64,000 bases of DNA, taken from assembly GCA_000004985.1 (NCBI GenBank), contig GG738889.1; one strand, given 5' to 3'. Positions 43,892 through 56,100 of this stretch are shown one piece after another (within the stretch, counting starts at the first letter, position 1; the number at the start of each line of letters is the position of its first letter). The notes below the pieces were generated by a model. That model was not told the origin of the DNA. It searched no databases and saw nothing but the letters and a program-made list of their open reading frames with translations. Position numbers and translations under genes: made by a program. Source of the stretch: Naegleria gruberi. Taxonomy: Eukaryota.

Positions 43892-45829
43892 TTATTCTTC
43901 ATGCAAAGCAAAAGTATCTCGTTCTAACTCTCTAATGTAATCGAAATCACTAGCCTGTGGTTGCTTTTTGTTTTTCTTTTTAGTATCCTTATTTGATTGT
44001 TGAGATGATGCACTTGGTATTATTGACTCCTTTTTATCTTCTGTTGGTTTAACCTTAACACTTGGAGGATCAAAAGCAAGAATCAATGCAACATCGTCAC
44101 CTTTAAGAACACGTCTCAAAAGTTCGTTTGCAGCTCTGTAAACATCTGGTCTTGCATTCTTCTTTGTCATGTAGCCTCTCTTTCTTGCGTATGCTTCTGA
44201 AAGAGTCCAAGCTGACCATGAAATGTCATTTTCCAAATCGTATTCATCTTGTTTCAATTTTAAGAGTTTTACCAAGTCAACTCTTTCTGCTAAATATCTT
44301 ACAATACTGTATGGATCTCTAACTTGACTGATTGGATAAATACCTGAGAGAATCTGAAGAGCCTTAGAAGCACCAACAGCTGGGAAAACTAAACCAGGAC
44401 AATCACAGAATTGAATCATCTTATTCTTAGTTTCCAAATAAAGTGTTTGGACATGTTTAGTGTGTCCAGGAGTGTATGATGTGGAAACCACTTTCTTACC
44501 AGTGAGAGCATTGATAATACTGGATTTACCAACGTTTGGATGGCCAACAAAACCAATAACACAACCATCACATCTCTTATCAATATCTTGGTTTTCTTCT
44601 TCTTCCTCTTCTTCTTCTGATTCAGATTCTTCTTCTTTAATATTGCCCATTCTTCTTGCTTCTTTTTCCTTTCTAAGTTTTTTCTTCATTTTGAGTTTAG
44701 GTTTTGGAGTTGGTAATTCAATTTTATCACATTCACCAATCAGAGTATCAAAATCTTCACCAACCAGTTTGGAAATCCTCTCTTGTTCCTCTTCATTATC
44801 TCTCTTCAATTTGGCAATCTTGAATTCGTCATAGAGTTGTTTTGTTACTTGCCAAATCTGTTTAGCATAATCCTTTTCAATCTTTAATTCTTCCAATTTA
44901 AGTTCCTTACTCTTGGTCTTCTTTCCAGATCCTGTACCACGAGTAAAGAGACAAACTCTAACATTTGGATACTTTTCATTGAACCACCTTATCCATCGTT
45001 GCTGTTTATCCTTTGAAATCAAATCACACTTATTCAAAACGAGAATGAATGGCTTTTTCAATACATTGGAAACATATTCATACAATGATGGAGGGAAGTG
45101 AAACAGTGGATGTCTAATATCTGCAACTACAAAGAGAATATCTGATAATTCAATAGTTTTCCACAATTGCTTCCAAACATGAACGTTTTCTTCAAAGTAA
45201 TTCAAATCTTCTTCCTTATACTTTCCATTTAAAATCTGCTCTTTCAAGTATTTTTGGAAGTAGACTTCTTCTTGTCTTTCTACTTGTTCCTTTGTCATGC
45301 CAATCGAAATTGGAGGTCTGATTGGCATTGGAATCATTTCAAATCCTTCATTAACCTCAGCTTGCAATGATTTAAATTTACCAAATGTTGCCTTTCCCTT
45401 TAAATATGGATCCAAAGGTCGTAAACTTTCCATTCTTCTTTTCTGTACAGCTTCATCACTATCCTTTGCAAATTTTGTTTTTAGCTTAAATTCCGAAGTA
45501 ACCATGGAAGTATATTCTCTTGGTTTAATGGATTTTGCAGCTGATGAAGAGGATTCATCATCACTACTACTTTCACTATTGTCGGATTCTTCATCAACAA
45601 CAACATGTTCAGTCTCCTCATCTTCAATTCCCATTCTTTCCAAAGGATTAGCCTTTGGAATATTCATCTCAACTTCCTCCACATCATCATCTTCCTTTTC
45701 AAAGTTAACTTCCTTCCATTTTGACCAATCATACATATCATCCTTCTTTTCTGCATTTTCTCTTTTCTTTTTTCTCTTATCTTGAAGCTGTTGCTTCTTC
45801 TGTTGGGAACTGAATGGTTTCTTTGTCAT
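43892..45829 (-). CDS. LSG1: large-subunit GTPase 1 (LSG1, circularly permuted YlqF/RbgA-family GTPase)
   Basis: The permuted motif order is LNKCDL (G4), then VVADIRHPLFHFP (the DARxP box), then GFVGHPNVGKSSIIN (G1) and DCPGLVFP (G3). Acidic and basic low-complexity inserts are present. The likely start is MTKKPF at 45829. The track ORF extends to 45895. Confidence 0.85.
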   Translation of the reverse strand: MTKKPFSSQQKKQQLQDKRKKKRENAEKKDDMYDWSKWKEVNFEKEDDDVEEVEMNIPKANPLERMGIEDEETEHVVVDEESDNSESSSDDESSSSAAKSIKPREYTSMVTSEFKLKTKFAKDSDEAVQKRRMESLRPLDPYLKGKATFGKFKSLQAEVNEGFEMIPMPIRPPISIGMTKEQVERQEEVYFQKYLKEQILNGKYKEEDLNYFEENVHVWKQLWKTIELSDILFVVADIRHPLFHFPPSLYEYVSNVLKKPFILVLNKCDLISKDKQQRWIRWFNEKYPNVRVCLFTRGTGSGKKTKSKELKLEELKIEKDYAKQIWQVTKQLYDEFKIAKLKRDNEEEQERISKLVGEDFDTLIGECDKIELPTPKPKLKMKKKLRKEKEARRMGNIKEEESESEEEEEEEENQDIDKRCDGCVIGFVGHPNVGKSSIINALTGKKVVSTSYTPGHTKHVQTLYLETKNKMIQFCDCPGLVFPAVGASKALQILSGIYPISQVRDPYSIVRYLAERVDLVKLLKLKQDEYDLENDISWSAWTLSEAYARKRGYMTKKNARPDVYRAANELLRRVLKGDDVALILAFDPPSVKVKPTEDKKESIIPSASSQQSNKDTKKKNKKQPQASDFDYIRELERDTFALHEE

Positions 45830-45948
45830 TTTTTTGATATTTGAATATTTAAAAATAGAACATGATTTTTGGTCCTTTATCATTTTGAGGTTCAATTAGG
45901 GTACTATTAATATTTTGTAAAAGTTGAGAGAAATATTGATCAGCAAAT

Positions 45949-46659
45949 TTATTGAAGTAGATTTGCAAGACCTGCCAATCCAAGAAGAGACAATGCTGAA
46001 ACGGCAAATACAAGAGTTTGAGCACCCAATTTGAGTTTCAATGCAGTTTTGATTCCATAAATTGTGTGATATAAACCCAAGCTTAATAATAAGGCAGAGG
46101 GAATAAACCATGCGAATGGATTCACACCTTGTGGAATGAGTTGATCTGATGTGAGTGGATTCTTTGGTATGACTCTATTCACTGAAATATGAAGTGGTAA
46201 AATGGCAACCAATGCAAATCCTGAAAGACTTTGAAATTTCGAATAGCCATCTTGATTCCTCTGCACATTATTCAAACTTCTCTTAATACTGAGTGCAATA
46301 CTCGATCCCATATGAGTAAATAATGGACCCAACACCAACACTGCTTCAGTAATTGGTGAATATCTAAATATTCCTCTACTCCAATCTAAATATTCATCAT
46401 GTAACTCTGTATTCGCTACAATACTATTAACAGAATGAAGTGTTGTAAAAATTGAAAATATCAACCCAGAACAATGTTGAACTGTTCTCAGGGTTGACAT
46501 GGATGGCAACAAGTCAGATAATTTCCTTTTCAAATTAAAGTTACCATCATTAATTTGACTATTTAAATTAGAATTTGTTGTATTTCCCCGAGAGGATGAT
46601 GGCATGATCTTCGGAATGGAAGAAGCTACCGAGGATGACTTTGGAGGTGGTTGAGACAT
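45949..46659 (-). CDS. hypothetical multi-pass membrane protein
   Basis: The first in-frame ATG gives MSQPPPKSSS..., and several hydrophobic helices follow in the C-terminal half. The upstream part of the track ORF starts at a GTG. No family recognised. Confidence 0.4.
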   Translation of the reverse strand: MSQPPPKSSSVASSIPKIMPSSSRGNTTNSNLNSQINDGNFNLKRKLSDLLPSMSTLRTVQHCSGLIFSIFTTLHSVNSIVANTELHDEYLDWSRGIFRYSPITEAVLVLGPLFTHMGSSIALSIKRSLNNVQRNQDGYSKFQSLSGFALVAILPLHISVNRVIPKNPLTSDQLIPQGVNPFAWFIPSALLLSLGLYHTIYGIKTALKLKLGAQTLVFAVSALSLLGLAGLANLLQ

Positions 46660-46994
46660 TTTTTTTGATTGTTGTGAAACTTTGTTACTGTAAATGCGAA
46701 AAAACTCCTCAACAGAGGACAATTTCAAAGAAACCATTATTATCCTCATTGACCAATGTAAATGTCCTCTATTCAATTGAAACCTAGTACATTCATAATA
46801 TTTCATTGAGTTCACATATAGATAATCTGAATTATTTGAGGTTTAACAAAATAATGAATGTTAACACAACTACTAACCAACACATTTTTTTAAAACAATC
46901 TATTATCTTGGATATGAAACAACTTTTATTGGATTTCTACTTTCACTTGAAAGTAAATTAAAGTAAATTTAACATTATGTTGAATTTAAAATCT

Positions 46995-49217
46995 TTAAAC
47001 AATATCATCTTCTTCATTCATATCATCTTTGAACTTGGAATACTTTTGGAAGAAACCCTTCTTTTGTGAAATGGTATGATCGACATCTAACTCAATTTCT
47101 GTATCGGCAGGAGTTGTATCAAGAACTGGTCTTACAGGTTCTAAATTCTTATTTAAATTATCACTGGATCTATGAGGAATGTGTGGAGATGATGAAATCT
47201 TGACGTTTGAAGTTTGATTCTTAGTCATGTTGGTGAGGATTGGATTCATCCATTCCATATCTTTAGGCAAGAAGAAGGAATCTTCTTGAATAAATACTTG
47301 AGAAATAATTTCAATGAAATCCTTCTTGGTAATCTTGACGAATGACACATCCTTTACAATACGAACATCATAGTCTGGAATAAAGGTTTCTCTTGTAAGG
47401 GCTCTTTCACCAATAAAACTCCAAGGTCCCATTTCAGAAGTGAATTTTTCTTCACCAAAAACAGCCTCAAGTTTACCACTGAAAACAAGAGCAAAGAAAT
47501 CGCATTCCTTATTCTTTTCAATGAGGAGCAATTCTTGATCAGAAGTCTTCTTAATGTCAACAACTGCACATTTACCAAGGAGTCTATGCAAATATTCTTC
47601 AGGTAAAAGTCTGAAGGTAGCCATACTCTTCCACAAGTAGGAAGCTACAGCAACAACTTGCTTTGGAGTAAGTCTGTGGGTTCTTTCCAACTTGAGTAAT
47701 AAACTAGTAGAGTTTTGTGGTCTGTTAATCTTGGATTGATTAGTATTATCAACATAGATATCAGTTTCGTCTACAATTTCATCCTTAATAATTTCTTCAA
47801 TGATATCTTCAAGAGATACAATACCAACAATAGCATAGTATGGATCACCACCAGTTTCAGATTCTCTTGGTTCATGAACAATAGCAATGTGAGTTCTACC
47901 AGATTTGAAGGTCTTTAACATTTCATCACAATAAGTGTCAGGGAAAACTTTGAGAACCTCTCTTCCGTAGAATGTCAAAATTGTAGAAATTGGTAAGCAT
48001 TCATCAGGATTGACTAGAATCAAATCTTTAACGTAGAGCAAACCAACAATGTTATTCTTGTCACCCTTGAAAACAGGAATACGGGAGTGACCAGCTTGCC
48101 AAATACTTGTCATTGTTTCAACATCAAGTTTGTTATCAATATCCAACATGTAAACGTTTTCAAATTTTGTCATAATTTGACTGACAGGAATTCTGGCAAA
48201 TTCCAAAGCACCACCCAAAATTTTAGCTTCGTGTTCAGTCAAGTGGAAATTAGGATCGTGAGCCTTGGAGTGAATATTGACCAATTCCTTCAATTCGGTT
48301 CTCTTGTAGAGAGTACCATGGTCAGCTCCGAGAATCCAATCCAAAAGTTTACTGATTGGATAAGAAATGATGAAAGCAAGACCAATCAAGAACCAAACCA
48401 ACCAAAACAAAGTACCACCAATAGCAATACCATATCTAGAAATGACAGCTTGGGGAATAATTTCACCAAACAACAAAACGGCAGTAATACCTAACAAAAT
48501 GGCAACCCATTCAGGAACAAGCTTGTCCAAGAAAAGTGGAAGACATTCTACACACAAAGCATTCCACAACAACAAGGTAACCAACAATAAGTGGTGACGT
48601 TTCAAGATTGGTGCTAAACGAGCAGCATACTTTCTCTCTTTTTCGGTACCAGTTGATTTAAGAATATCCAATTGCATTGTATCAATGGAGAGCAAACCAA
48701 GTGTAAAACCAGACATTAAACCAGCACCCAAAATAAAGAAAATACTGGCACAAACGTTAATAACAATATCATACCAAGGCATATTCAAAATAGATTCTTC
48801 ATCATCTTTTTCTTCACCAGTATGAGAGGATCCATTAGTGTGATTATAGTAGTGGGCACAAACAGTAGGCCAATCGATTGTGCTATTATCATCAATACTG
48901 CTAGCAAAAACATTACTAAATCTTTTTGTTGTTGGGACGTAGCCTTCTACAAACATTGACGATGAATCAGACCAAGCGGCCACACTTTCATCATGTTGAA
49001 CATAATTTTCAAAAGAAAGAGTTGCCAAAGCAACCAAAATTAAAAGGGAAAGGGTAAAGACGAGCGAAAAACTCTTCTTTTTAATTTGTGGGGCCTTTCT
49101 GTTATCATTTACTGATAACATTCCGGATGTTACAGAAGGACGGTAGATTCCCTCCTTTTCATTATTCCCAAATTCACCCCAGAGGGAAGCATTGTGAGTT
49201 GTGAAGGTTTGTATCAT
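46995..49217 (-). CDS. CNNM/ACDP-type metal (Mg2+) transporter with DUF21/CorC_HlyC TM domain, CBS pair and cNMP-binding-like domain
   Basis: ATG start. The DUF21 signature LSIDTMQLDILKSTGTEKERKYAARLAPILKRHHLLLVTLLLWNA is followed by tandem CBS motifs and a C-terminal cyclic-nucleotide-binding-like fold. Confidence 0.85.
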   Translation of the reverse strand: MIQTFTTHNASLWGEFGNNEKEGIYRPSVTSGMLSVNDNRKAPQIKKKSFSLVFTLSLLILVALATLSFENYVQHDESVAAWSDSSSMFVEGYVPTTKRFSNVFASSIDDNSTIDWPTVCAHYYNHTNGSSHTGEEKDDEESILNMPWYDIVINVCASIFFILGAGLMSGFTLGLLSIDTMQLDILKSTGTEKERKYAARLAPILKRHHLLLVTLLLWNALCVECLPLFLDKLVPEWVAILLGITAVLLFGEIIPQAVISRYGIAIGGTLFWLVWFLIGLAFIISYPISKLLDWILGADHGTLYKRTELKELVNIHSKAHDPNFHLTEHEAKILGGALEFARIPVSQIMTKFENVYMLDIDNKLDVETMTSIWQAGHSRIPVFKGDKNNIVGLLYVKDLILVNPDECLPISTILTFYGREVLKVFPDTYCDEMLKTFKSGRTHIAIVHEPRESETGGDPYYAIVGIVSLEDIIEEIIKDEIVDETDIYVDNTNQSKINRPQNSTSLLLKLERTHRLTPKQVVAVASYLWKSMATFRLLPEEYLHRLLGKCAVVDIKKTSDQELLLIEKNKECDFFALVFSGKLEAVFGEEKFTSEMGPWSFIGERALTRETFIPDYDVRIVKDVSFVKITKKDFIEIISQVFIQEDSFFLPKDMEWMNPILTNMTKNQTSNVKISSSPHIPHRSSDNLNKNLEPVRPVLDTTPADTEIELDVDHTISQKKGFFQKYSKFKDDMNEEDDIV

Positions 49218-49608
49218 ACGACAGCAGCACTAAACTTGTGTTCTTTGTGTTGGGACCAACAAAAGTAAGCAGACAAGAAATTTTTTTTTGTTGAAGTTTT
49301 ATTTGCGCGCTTTTATGGACAGACAACGCTAATAAGAAAGATAGAAAACAAGGTGATGATGATGGGTTATTACTCAATCAAATACTAGTATCGGGATTCT
49401 ATCATGATTGTAAAGAAGATCTAATTTGCTTCCTATTGGATTTTACAAATCAAACATTTGTAAATTTTACAATTTTTTATGAACGTTGTATGATTGTTTT
49501 TAGAGTTCTTGAAACCGAAACTAGAACTCCTATCTTTTGCTAGAAGGCATTATTTATTGTAATGCAATTCAATTTGTTCCACTGCAGAAAAAAATATTTG
49601 AAAACCAA

Positions 49609-51093
49609 ATGATAACGTTTGCCCACACAAAGAAGAAGAATTTGTTGAATTTTAATGGTCCTTCCGTTGAGAGGCTCTTGAAAAAGATTGATCAAAAATT
49701 GGCTCACGAAACATCTTCAAATAATTTGAAAAGGCTCAAGAAATTATTGGTACGAAAGAGGACTCTTCAGAAGAATAGACGAAATATATTCGAAAAGTGT
49801 CCTCCAAAATTTGATCAACAAGACGAGCCAATGATTTCACACAATTCCACTTCTTCCTATCAATTTTACGATGACATTTGTTATGAAATATTGTCTTTTA
49901 TTGATGATTGGAAATTAATTTTGTTGACTTGTTCATTAATTTCGAAGCAGTGGTTGAATGTTGTGAGAGAAAGGGTGAAACTTTGTGTGGAATTTAAAAA
50001 TCCAATTGTCAGTAAGAAAACCATAAAATTAATGATGAATAGAGAGTGTTTAGAACAGTTTGAGTCGATGAATGTGAGAGGTATTTCAAGGTTACAGTTT
50101 TACAAGATTTTTGAAAAAACTAAACAATTGACTAAACTTGATATTGGTAAAAGTATAATATGGTTGGAAGGATTTAAAAGTATTACTGAATTGAAACATT
50201 TAAACTCGTTGGATATGAATAACATGGTTTTTATGGAGAAAGAATCTAAATTAGAGCTGTTAGAATCCATTAGTCAATTACACCAGCTGACCTGTCTGAA
50301 TATTAGTTCTAATAATGTTGGTTTTAATACATTCAAACCAATTGGAAACGTGAAACAGTTAACATATTTAGATGTCAGTTGGAATTATATTTCGGATGAG
50401 GGAGCAAAAGTTTTGAGTCAATTAAGTCAATTAACACATCTTAATGTTAATTGCACTATTATTGGAATTGAAGGAGCGAAATATATCAGTAAGTTAACTA
50501 AATTAAGAACACTTATTGCTGCAAGGAATAACTTTTGGATTGAGGGTTGCCAATATTTTAGTGAAATGGAACAATTGACTGCACTAGATGTTTCTCATAA
50601 TAGTATTGGCAATACTGGTATCAAATATCTATCTAAAATGAAACAATTGACTGAATTAAATATTAATGATAATGCTATCAATCAATTTGGAACAGAAGAA
50701 TCCAAATTAATTCGGGAGTTATCTCAATTAACAAAACTCTCTATTAGCTCAAATAATATTGGAATCGAAGGTGTAACAGCCATTTCTACAATGAGTCAAT
50801 TAAGAACACTCAACATATTTTTCAATAGGATTGGATTAGCTGGAGCCAAGTTAATAAGTGGAATGCAAAACCTGACTGTACTTGATATTTGTAATAATGA
50901 CATTGGTACAAACGGTGCTAAGGAAATTAGCAAAATGAAACAATTAACGAAACTAGATATTGCTAGAAATATGATTGGAAATGAAGGCGCAAAAGCACTC
51001 AAAAGCATGAAACAACTCAAATCACTTCGAAATACATTTAATAATATTATATGGAATGACGATGAAGACTTGAGTTTGGGCGAAATATTGTAG
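49609..51093 (+). CDS. F-box / RNI-type leucine-rich-repeat protein
   Basis: The first ATG is at 49609 (MITFAHTKKK) and the track start is a TTG. YDDICYEILSFIDDWKLILLTCSLISKQWLNVV is an F-box. It is followed by about 13 repeats of a 24-28-aa LxxLxxLxLxxNxIGxxGAKxL unit (ribonuclease-inhibitor-type LRR). Confidence 0.6.
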   Translation: MITFAHTKKKNLLNFNGPSVERLLKKIDQKLAHETSSNNLKRLKKLLVRKRTLQKNRRNIFEKCPPKFDQQDEPMISHNSTSSYQFYDDICYEILSFIDDWKLILLTCSLISKQWLNVVRERVKLCVEFKNPIVSKKTIKLMMNRECLEQFESMNVRGISRLQFYKIFEKTKQLTKLDIGKSIIWLEGFKSITELKHLNSLDMNNMVFMEKESKLELLESISQLHQLTCLNISSNNVGFNTFKPIGNVKQLTYLDVSWNYISDEGAKVLSQLSQLTHLNVNCTIIGIEGAKYISKLTKLRTLIAARNNFWIEGCQYFSEMEQLTALDVSHNSIGNTGIKYLSKMKQLTELNINDNAINQFGTEESKLIRELSQLTKLSISSNNIGIEGVTAISTMSQLRTLNIFFNRIGLAGAKLISGMQNLTVLDICNNDIGTNGAKEISKMKQLTKLDIARNMIGNEGAKALKSMKQLKSLRNTFNNIIWNDDEDLSLGEIL

Positions 51094-51096
51094 AAT

Positions 51097-52963
51097 TTAC
51101 TCTCTAAGTACGAATAGATCACCATAATTTTCAACCAGATATTTCCATTGCAAATCTGTTAATCCAATTCCTAATTGCAAAGTTTCACTTGTATTTCCAT
51201 GTAAGAATGCATGATGAAGGAAATCCATCTTTTCAAAGTTGACCATTCCTCTTGGTTGGCCCAAAATTCTAAAATTGATATCATTTAAAAAGTCATACTT
51301 CATCCAATTTGTCATTGAGAAGGTAATCCTTGCATCATCAATAATTACCTTATATCTGTCCATGTGTTCTTCATCGTGGTAGGATTTACTCATCTCTTGA
51401 ATAAATCTTTCAGTTGCCTTTTCAGTATTTTGTTCATTAACTTGCTTTCTAACTTGCATCACTAGCTCTGCAAGTGACATCTTTAGGATTTCGCTCTTCT
51501 TTTGAGAGATCCAAACATTCGAAAGAGGATTGCCAATATACATTTTAGTGTCATCTCTGATTGGAGGATAATTAAATCTAAAGTTGCATACCATTCTAAA
51601 GGAGAGAGTAGTTTCCCCTGGTTGACTTGGGTCTGCGTGAGCCATCATTGAAAAGAGAATTGCTGAAATAACATCATTGGTTGATACAATTGAATTGTTT
51701 GGAGTGGAATTTTTGATTTTCTGTTTGAGAATTTCTAATTGTTTTTTGGAAATGTTAATTCTTCTAGCTTTGGCTTTGTATTGACGAAGACAATTAATCA
51801 TGTTAAAGACATATTTGTGGAATTTGTAAAATTCCTGATGAGAATAGGTAATATTTGGACTAAAAAACAATTAATTACATCATGGTATCTATACTTACTC
51901 AATCTTTTCTTTTGGTAATATCAAGTTGACTCTTGACATGGTTGGTAATTGAGTTGGATTTTGTTGACATGTCATCTCAGCCCAAAATTTCATAAAAAAG
52001 TGTCCAACTTCAGCTCCACCAACAGAATGATTCAATGCAAGTGCAATAACAGGTACAATTCTTCCATTTTCCAATTTAAGAAATGAAATTTGTATTCTTG
52101 ACAATTCCTTTTCCGAATATGGTGATTTAATTTCTGGTTTAAATACCAATTCACTCTCCATTTCCAATAAATCGCTTTCATCCTCAACTTTTCCAACTTG
52201 CTTTTCAATAATTGCAACATTTAACATTGGATTTTCCACTACAATCTATTCGCACCTAAAGCAAGGATTAGGAAACGATTCTTTTTGGCTTGCTTTTCTC
52301 GTCGCACATGTTTTTTGTTTCACACTAATTTTTTGTTTTAGCTCATTTCTTGCTTTAGTATCTTTCTGAGGTGTGTAGTTTGTAGTGATGATAAATAACC
52401 AAAAATGGTTTCTGTCTCCCTTTTACCAAATTTCTCTCCTCTTCAGAAAGTAGAGCCAAATCCTTTTCATCCATTGGATTTAAATCTCTATATCTTCCTC
52501 CAACTGTTGGAAAATAGAAAAGAGTCCTTTCCAATCCTTCAATTAACATTTTTTCACACTCAACCAAATCTTCCTCATCAATTTCATTAAAATACACAGA
52601 ATATGGTACATAGGAAGTTCTAAATCTAGCATAGCCATCATTGAGAGTTAGAATTGTACATTTCTTTTGATACATTTCCAATAAATTCTCATCACAATTT
52701 TCCACATTTGGAATTTTTGAATGAACACTAACAATTTTCACTTTCTTTGATGGATATTCACTCGATTGTGAAAGTATCAGATCAGAAATACTAGTTTCAG
52801 GTTTGTAAGTTGCCATCTTCCAAACAGTATTCATCACCAACCAATCTAAAATATTGCTAAATGTCAATTGTCTAAACGTTCCTTGTTTTTTCCATAATGA
52901 CCACATCATGATCACTGCAATTGCTCCTCCGGTGAGGCAAACACCCAACACAACCAACAACAT
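51097..52963 (-). CDS. BAHD/HxxxD-type acyltransferase-family-like protein with N-terminal TM anchor. Three exons at about 52963..52427, 52245..51899 and 51859..51097.
   Basis: Exon 1 gives a TM helix plus ...LERTLFYFPTVGGRY, which matches the LxxxLxxFYPLAGRL block. Exon 2 contains LALNHSVGGAEVGHFFMKFW, which is the HxxxD(G) catalytic block with Asp replaced by Gly. The exon 2/3 junction is a GTAAGT...TTTTTTAG intron in phase. The exon 1/2 junction is tentative (GTAAAA donor). Confidence 0.45.
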
Positions 52964-53191
52964 GTGTGTTATGAATTTATTTTTTTTGACTTTGGAAATT
53001 GTGATTTTATTGAGCGAACAAATTATGTGAAATGGGAACGGACAAATAGTCGTTTAGAAAATCTTCTTAATAAACGTTGAAAATTATTATTGAGTATAAA
53101 GGTATGTATAGATCTAACGATTATTCCATCCTTAGTTTTTGATTCTTCACATGCCACGTTTCATAATTCATCCATCAAAAAATAGAAAAAA

Positions 53192-56100
53192 ATGATAACA
53201 CGTTATGTCATTGGAAAGGTGAAGGAAAGAATCAGTGAGAATAACAAGAAGAATCTAGAGGATACCTTTGCACGTTCCCGAAAGCAATTTCTTGAAGAAA
53301 AGGAACAAGCCAAGTCAAAAAGCAAAAAGAATGACAAGTCAATTGTCAAGAAGAAGGAACAGGCTGATGTTTCAATTATCGGATCAATTGATTCTGCATT
53401 GAAAGGAGCATGTTTTCCTGATCCTGATCCAAAGTTGAATGCTAATGTTTATGTTGATGATGTTGCACGTTTAAATATGACAAATGTCAAACGTGTTTTT
53501 CATGTCAGAAATGAGCAAGATATTCAAAGAGTTTTTGAGTATGCAAGAAGAATGAACTTTAAAGTATCAATGAGAGGTACCCAACACTGCATGGGTGGTC
53601 ATACCATTGCCAAAGATGGTTTAGTTATAGACACACGTAAATTACTAAAAATGGAATTTGATTCTCAAAGTGAAACTGTTAGAGTTGGAGCTGGTGTAAG
53701 ATGGAGTGATTTGATTTTCTATTTGAATCAGTTTGGTATGTCTCCTCACACAATGCAGAGTTATTCAACTTTTAGTGTGAGTGGAACTGTCAGTTGTAAT
53801 GCTCATGGAATTACAACTGATTTATGTTCACATGAAAGTGTATTAGAAATGAGAGTGGTGATGTGGGATGGAAGAATTGAGACGTGCACTCCAGATTCTG
53901 AATTATTCAAGTGTTGCATTGGTGGTTTTGGAATGTTTGGTTTCATTAGTGAACTCGTGTTAAAATGTGTTCCAAATCATCAAATATTTATGGAAATGAT
54001 TCAATGCAAGGCAAATGATTTCTTGGATTTTTATGAGAGAATTCTGCAGGATCCACAAAATGATATTAATATCAAATTGGCTCGTTTGGATATTTCCAAT
54101 TTTAATGATATTAACATTTTTGTGTTTAGAAAGAATTCAGATAGAAAAACTGTTTCAGATTTGCCACTCCATCCAAAGACAATGTCCATCCAAAGTCAAA
54201 TCATTTACAAGTGGTTAGCTCCAAGTGCAGGTTCTATTCGTTATTCAGTTGAACGTTTAACAGGAAGACCAGCTGATTGGTCTGTCGTTAATGATAGAAA
54301 TTTACTCATGTACGAAACTTCGACTCCTCTGGCTAAACTTTATTCTCCTCTATTCGATGTGAATGATACATTCATTTTACAGGAATACTTTGTACCACAT
54401 TCTAAATTCCAGGAATGGATCATGAGTGCTTCAAAAATCATTCAATCTCATCCATCTCATCTCAAACAATTCACACTTCTCAATATCACCATTCGTTATG
54501 TAAAGAAAGATAATTGTACATTCCTTCCGTATGGTAGACATGATGAGGGATCATTTGCATTCGTATTGTACTATAGAATGAAGTGTACTGATGAGGCAGA
54601 TAGAGAATTGGCAACACTTCATAATGATCTAGTTGAGGCCACTTTGAAATTGAATGGCATCTTTTATTTACCTTACAGACATCATTACAGTGATGAACAG
54701 TTGAAGAAAGCTTATCCAATGATTGATGATTTCTTTAAACTCAAAGCTAAATATGATCCTCGTGGAATGTTTGATTCATTGTGGTTTAATAGATATGGTA
54801 AACAGTATTTTGAAAAGTATGCGAATGAAAATTCTGATCACTCCATTGGTCAATCAACTGCAGATTTAGTTGGTAATAATAAGGAAGCAATAACAGAGCT
54901 AATTAAATCAGTTGAAACCAGACGAAATGATTCTTACCGTAAGGTATTCAATAATCCACAATTGAGGAAGCAATTTTATGAGGCATTCCTTGAACAAATT
55001 TTCAATGTCGAAAGCAAAGCAACCTTGGAAAATGTAATCTCATCAGCCATGTGGAATATCAAGTGCCAAGACGATAGTGATATCTACTCTTTCATTTTAC
55101 AAAAATTGTCAAAACAAGGATTAGTTTCAAATGTTTTGAAATTATGGAGAGGATCCAATCAAAACAGAAGTCAAAAGAAGGAACTATTGAGAGAAACTTC
55201 ATCCATTCTATCTAAAATTGGAAAGATGGGATCGATTAGAGATTATGTCTCAATTGGTGATAGTGGTAAAATGGTTTTGGCTTTTAAGGAATGTCTTGGA
55301 ATTGATGGAAATATCCACATTGTCAATGATAATGAACCATCTGATGAAAATATGGGTGTTTATATGGAGAGAGGTTCTTTGAAACCTGTTGGAAAGTTTG
55401 TGAAATTGAACTATTCTTGCCTTGATTTAGAAAGTTCATCGGCTGACATGGTTACAATGAATCAAGGTCTCCATCACATTCCACCTCAACATTTGCAATC
55501 TTTCCTTAAGGAAGTTTTCAGAATTTTGAGACCTGGAGGTATCTTTATTGTGAGAGAACACGATGCCACTCCAGAGCTCAAACCACTTCTTGACATAGCC
55601 CACAGTGTCTTTAATGCAGTGATGAATGTTGACATTCTCGATGAGAGAAATGAAGTCAGAGCATTCAGATCCATCTTGGAATGGCGTACAATTGTAGAAT
55701 CTGTTGGATTTTTAGATACAATGATTTATGAGATGGAACACGGAGATCCAACTCTAGATGAGATGATGGCTTTTTGTAAGTGTTCTGATCTCTCTCAAAT
55801 TTCAGAGGAATCTACTTCAGCCAAATCAACAAATCAATCTTCACTGCCACCAAAACAACTCAAGACAGCTCCTGAAGGAAGTACTTCAATGGGAATCGCT
55901 CTCACCATTGATGCACTACTTGCCAAAGTTCCAAACTTTGTGATTGAATTTTTCAGAAAGTTTGTCTCTTGGATTTTAGGATGGTTCAAAAAGATTCCAG
56001 GATTGATTGAAGATTTGAATCTATCCTCGATGGTAAAACCATTCATTGATCAGATATTGAATGAATATTGTAAACCAATTGAGGAATTCTTGGAAAAATT

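Noticed and set aside
44460-45785. Plus-strand ORFs inside LSG1
   Set aside because: They are antisense to acidic and basic low-complexity inserts of LSG1 and show no independent coding signal.
49290-49320. TTTGCGCGCTTTT palindrome upstream of the CNNM gene as an E2F site
   Set aside because: The core is GCGCGC with the flanks shifted relative to the TTTSSCGC consensus. It is a weaker match than the cohesin promoter element and there is no cell-cycle rationale for CNNM.
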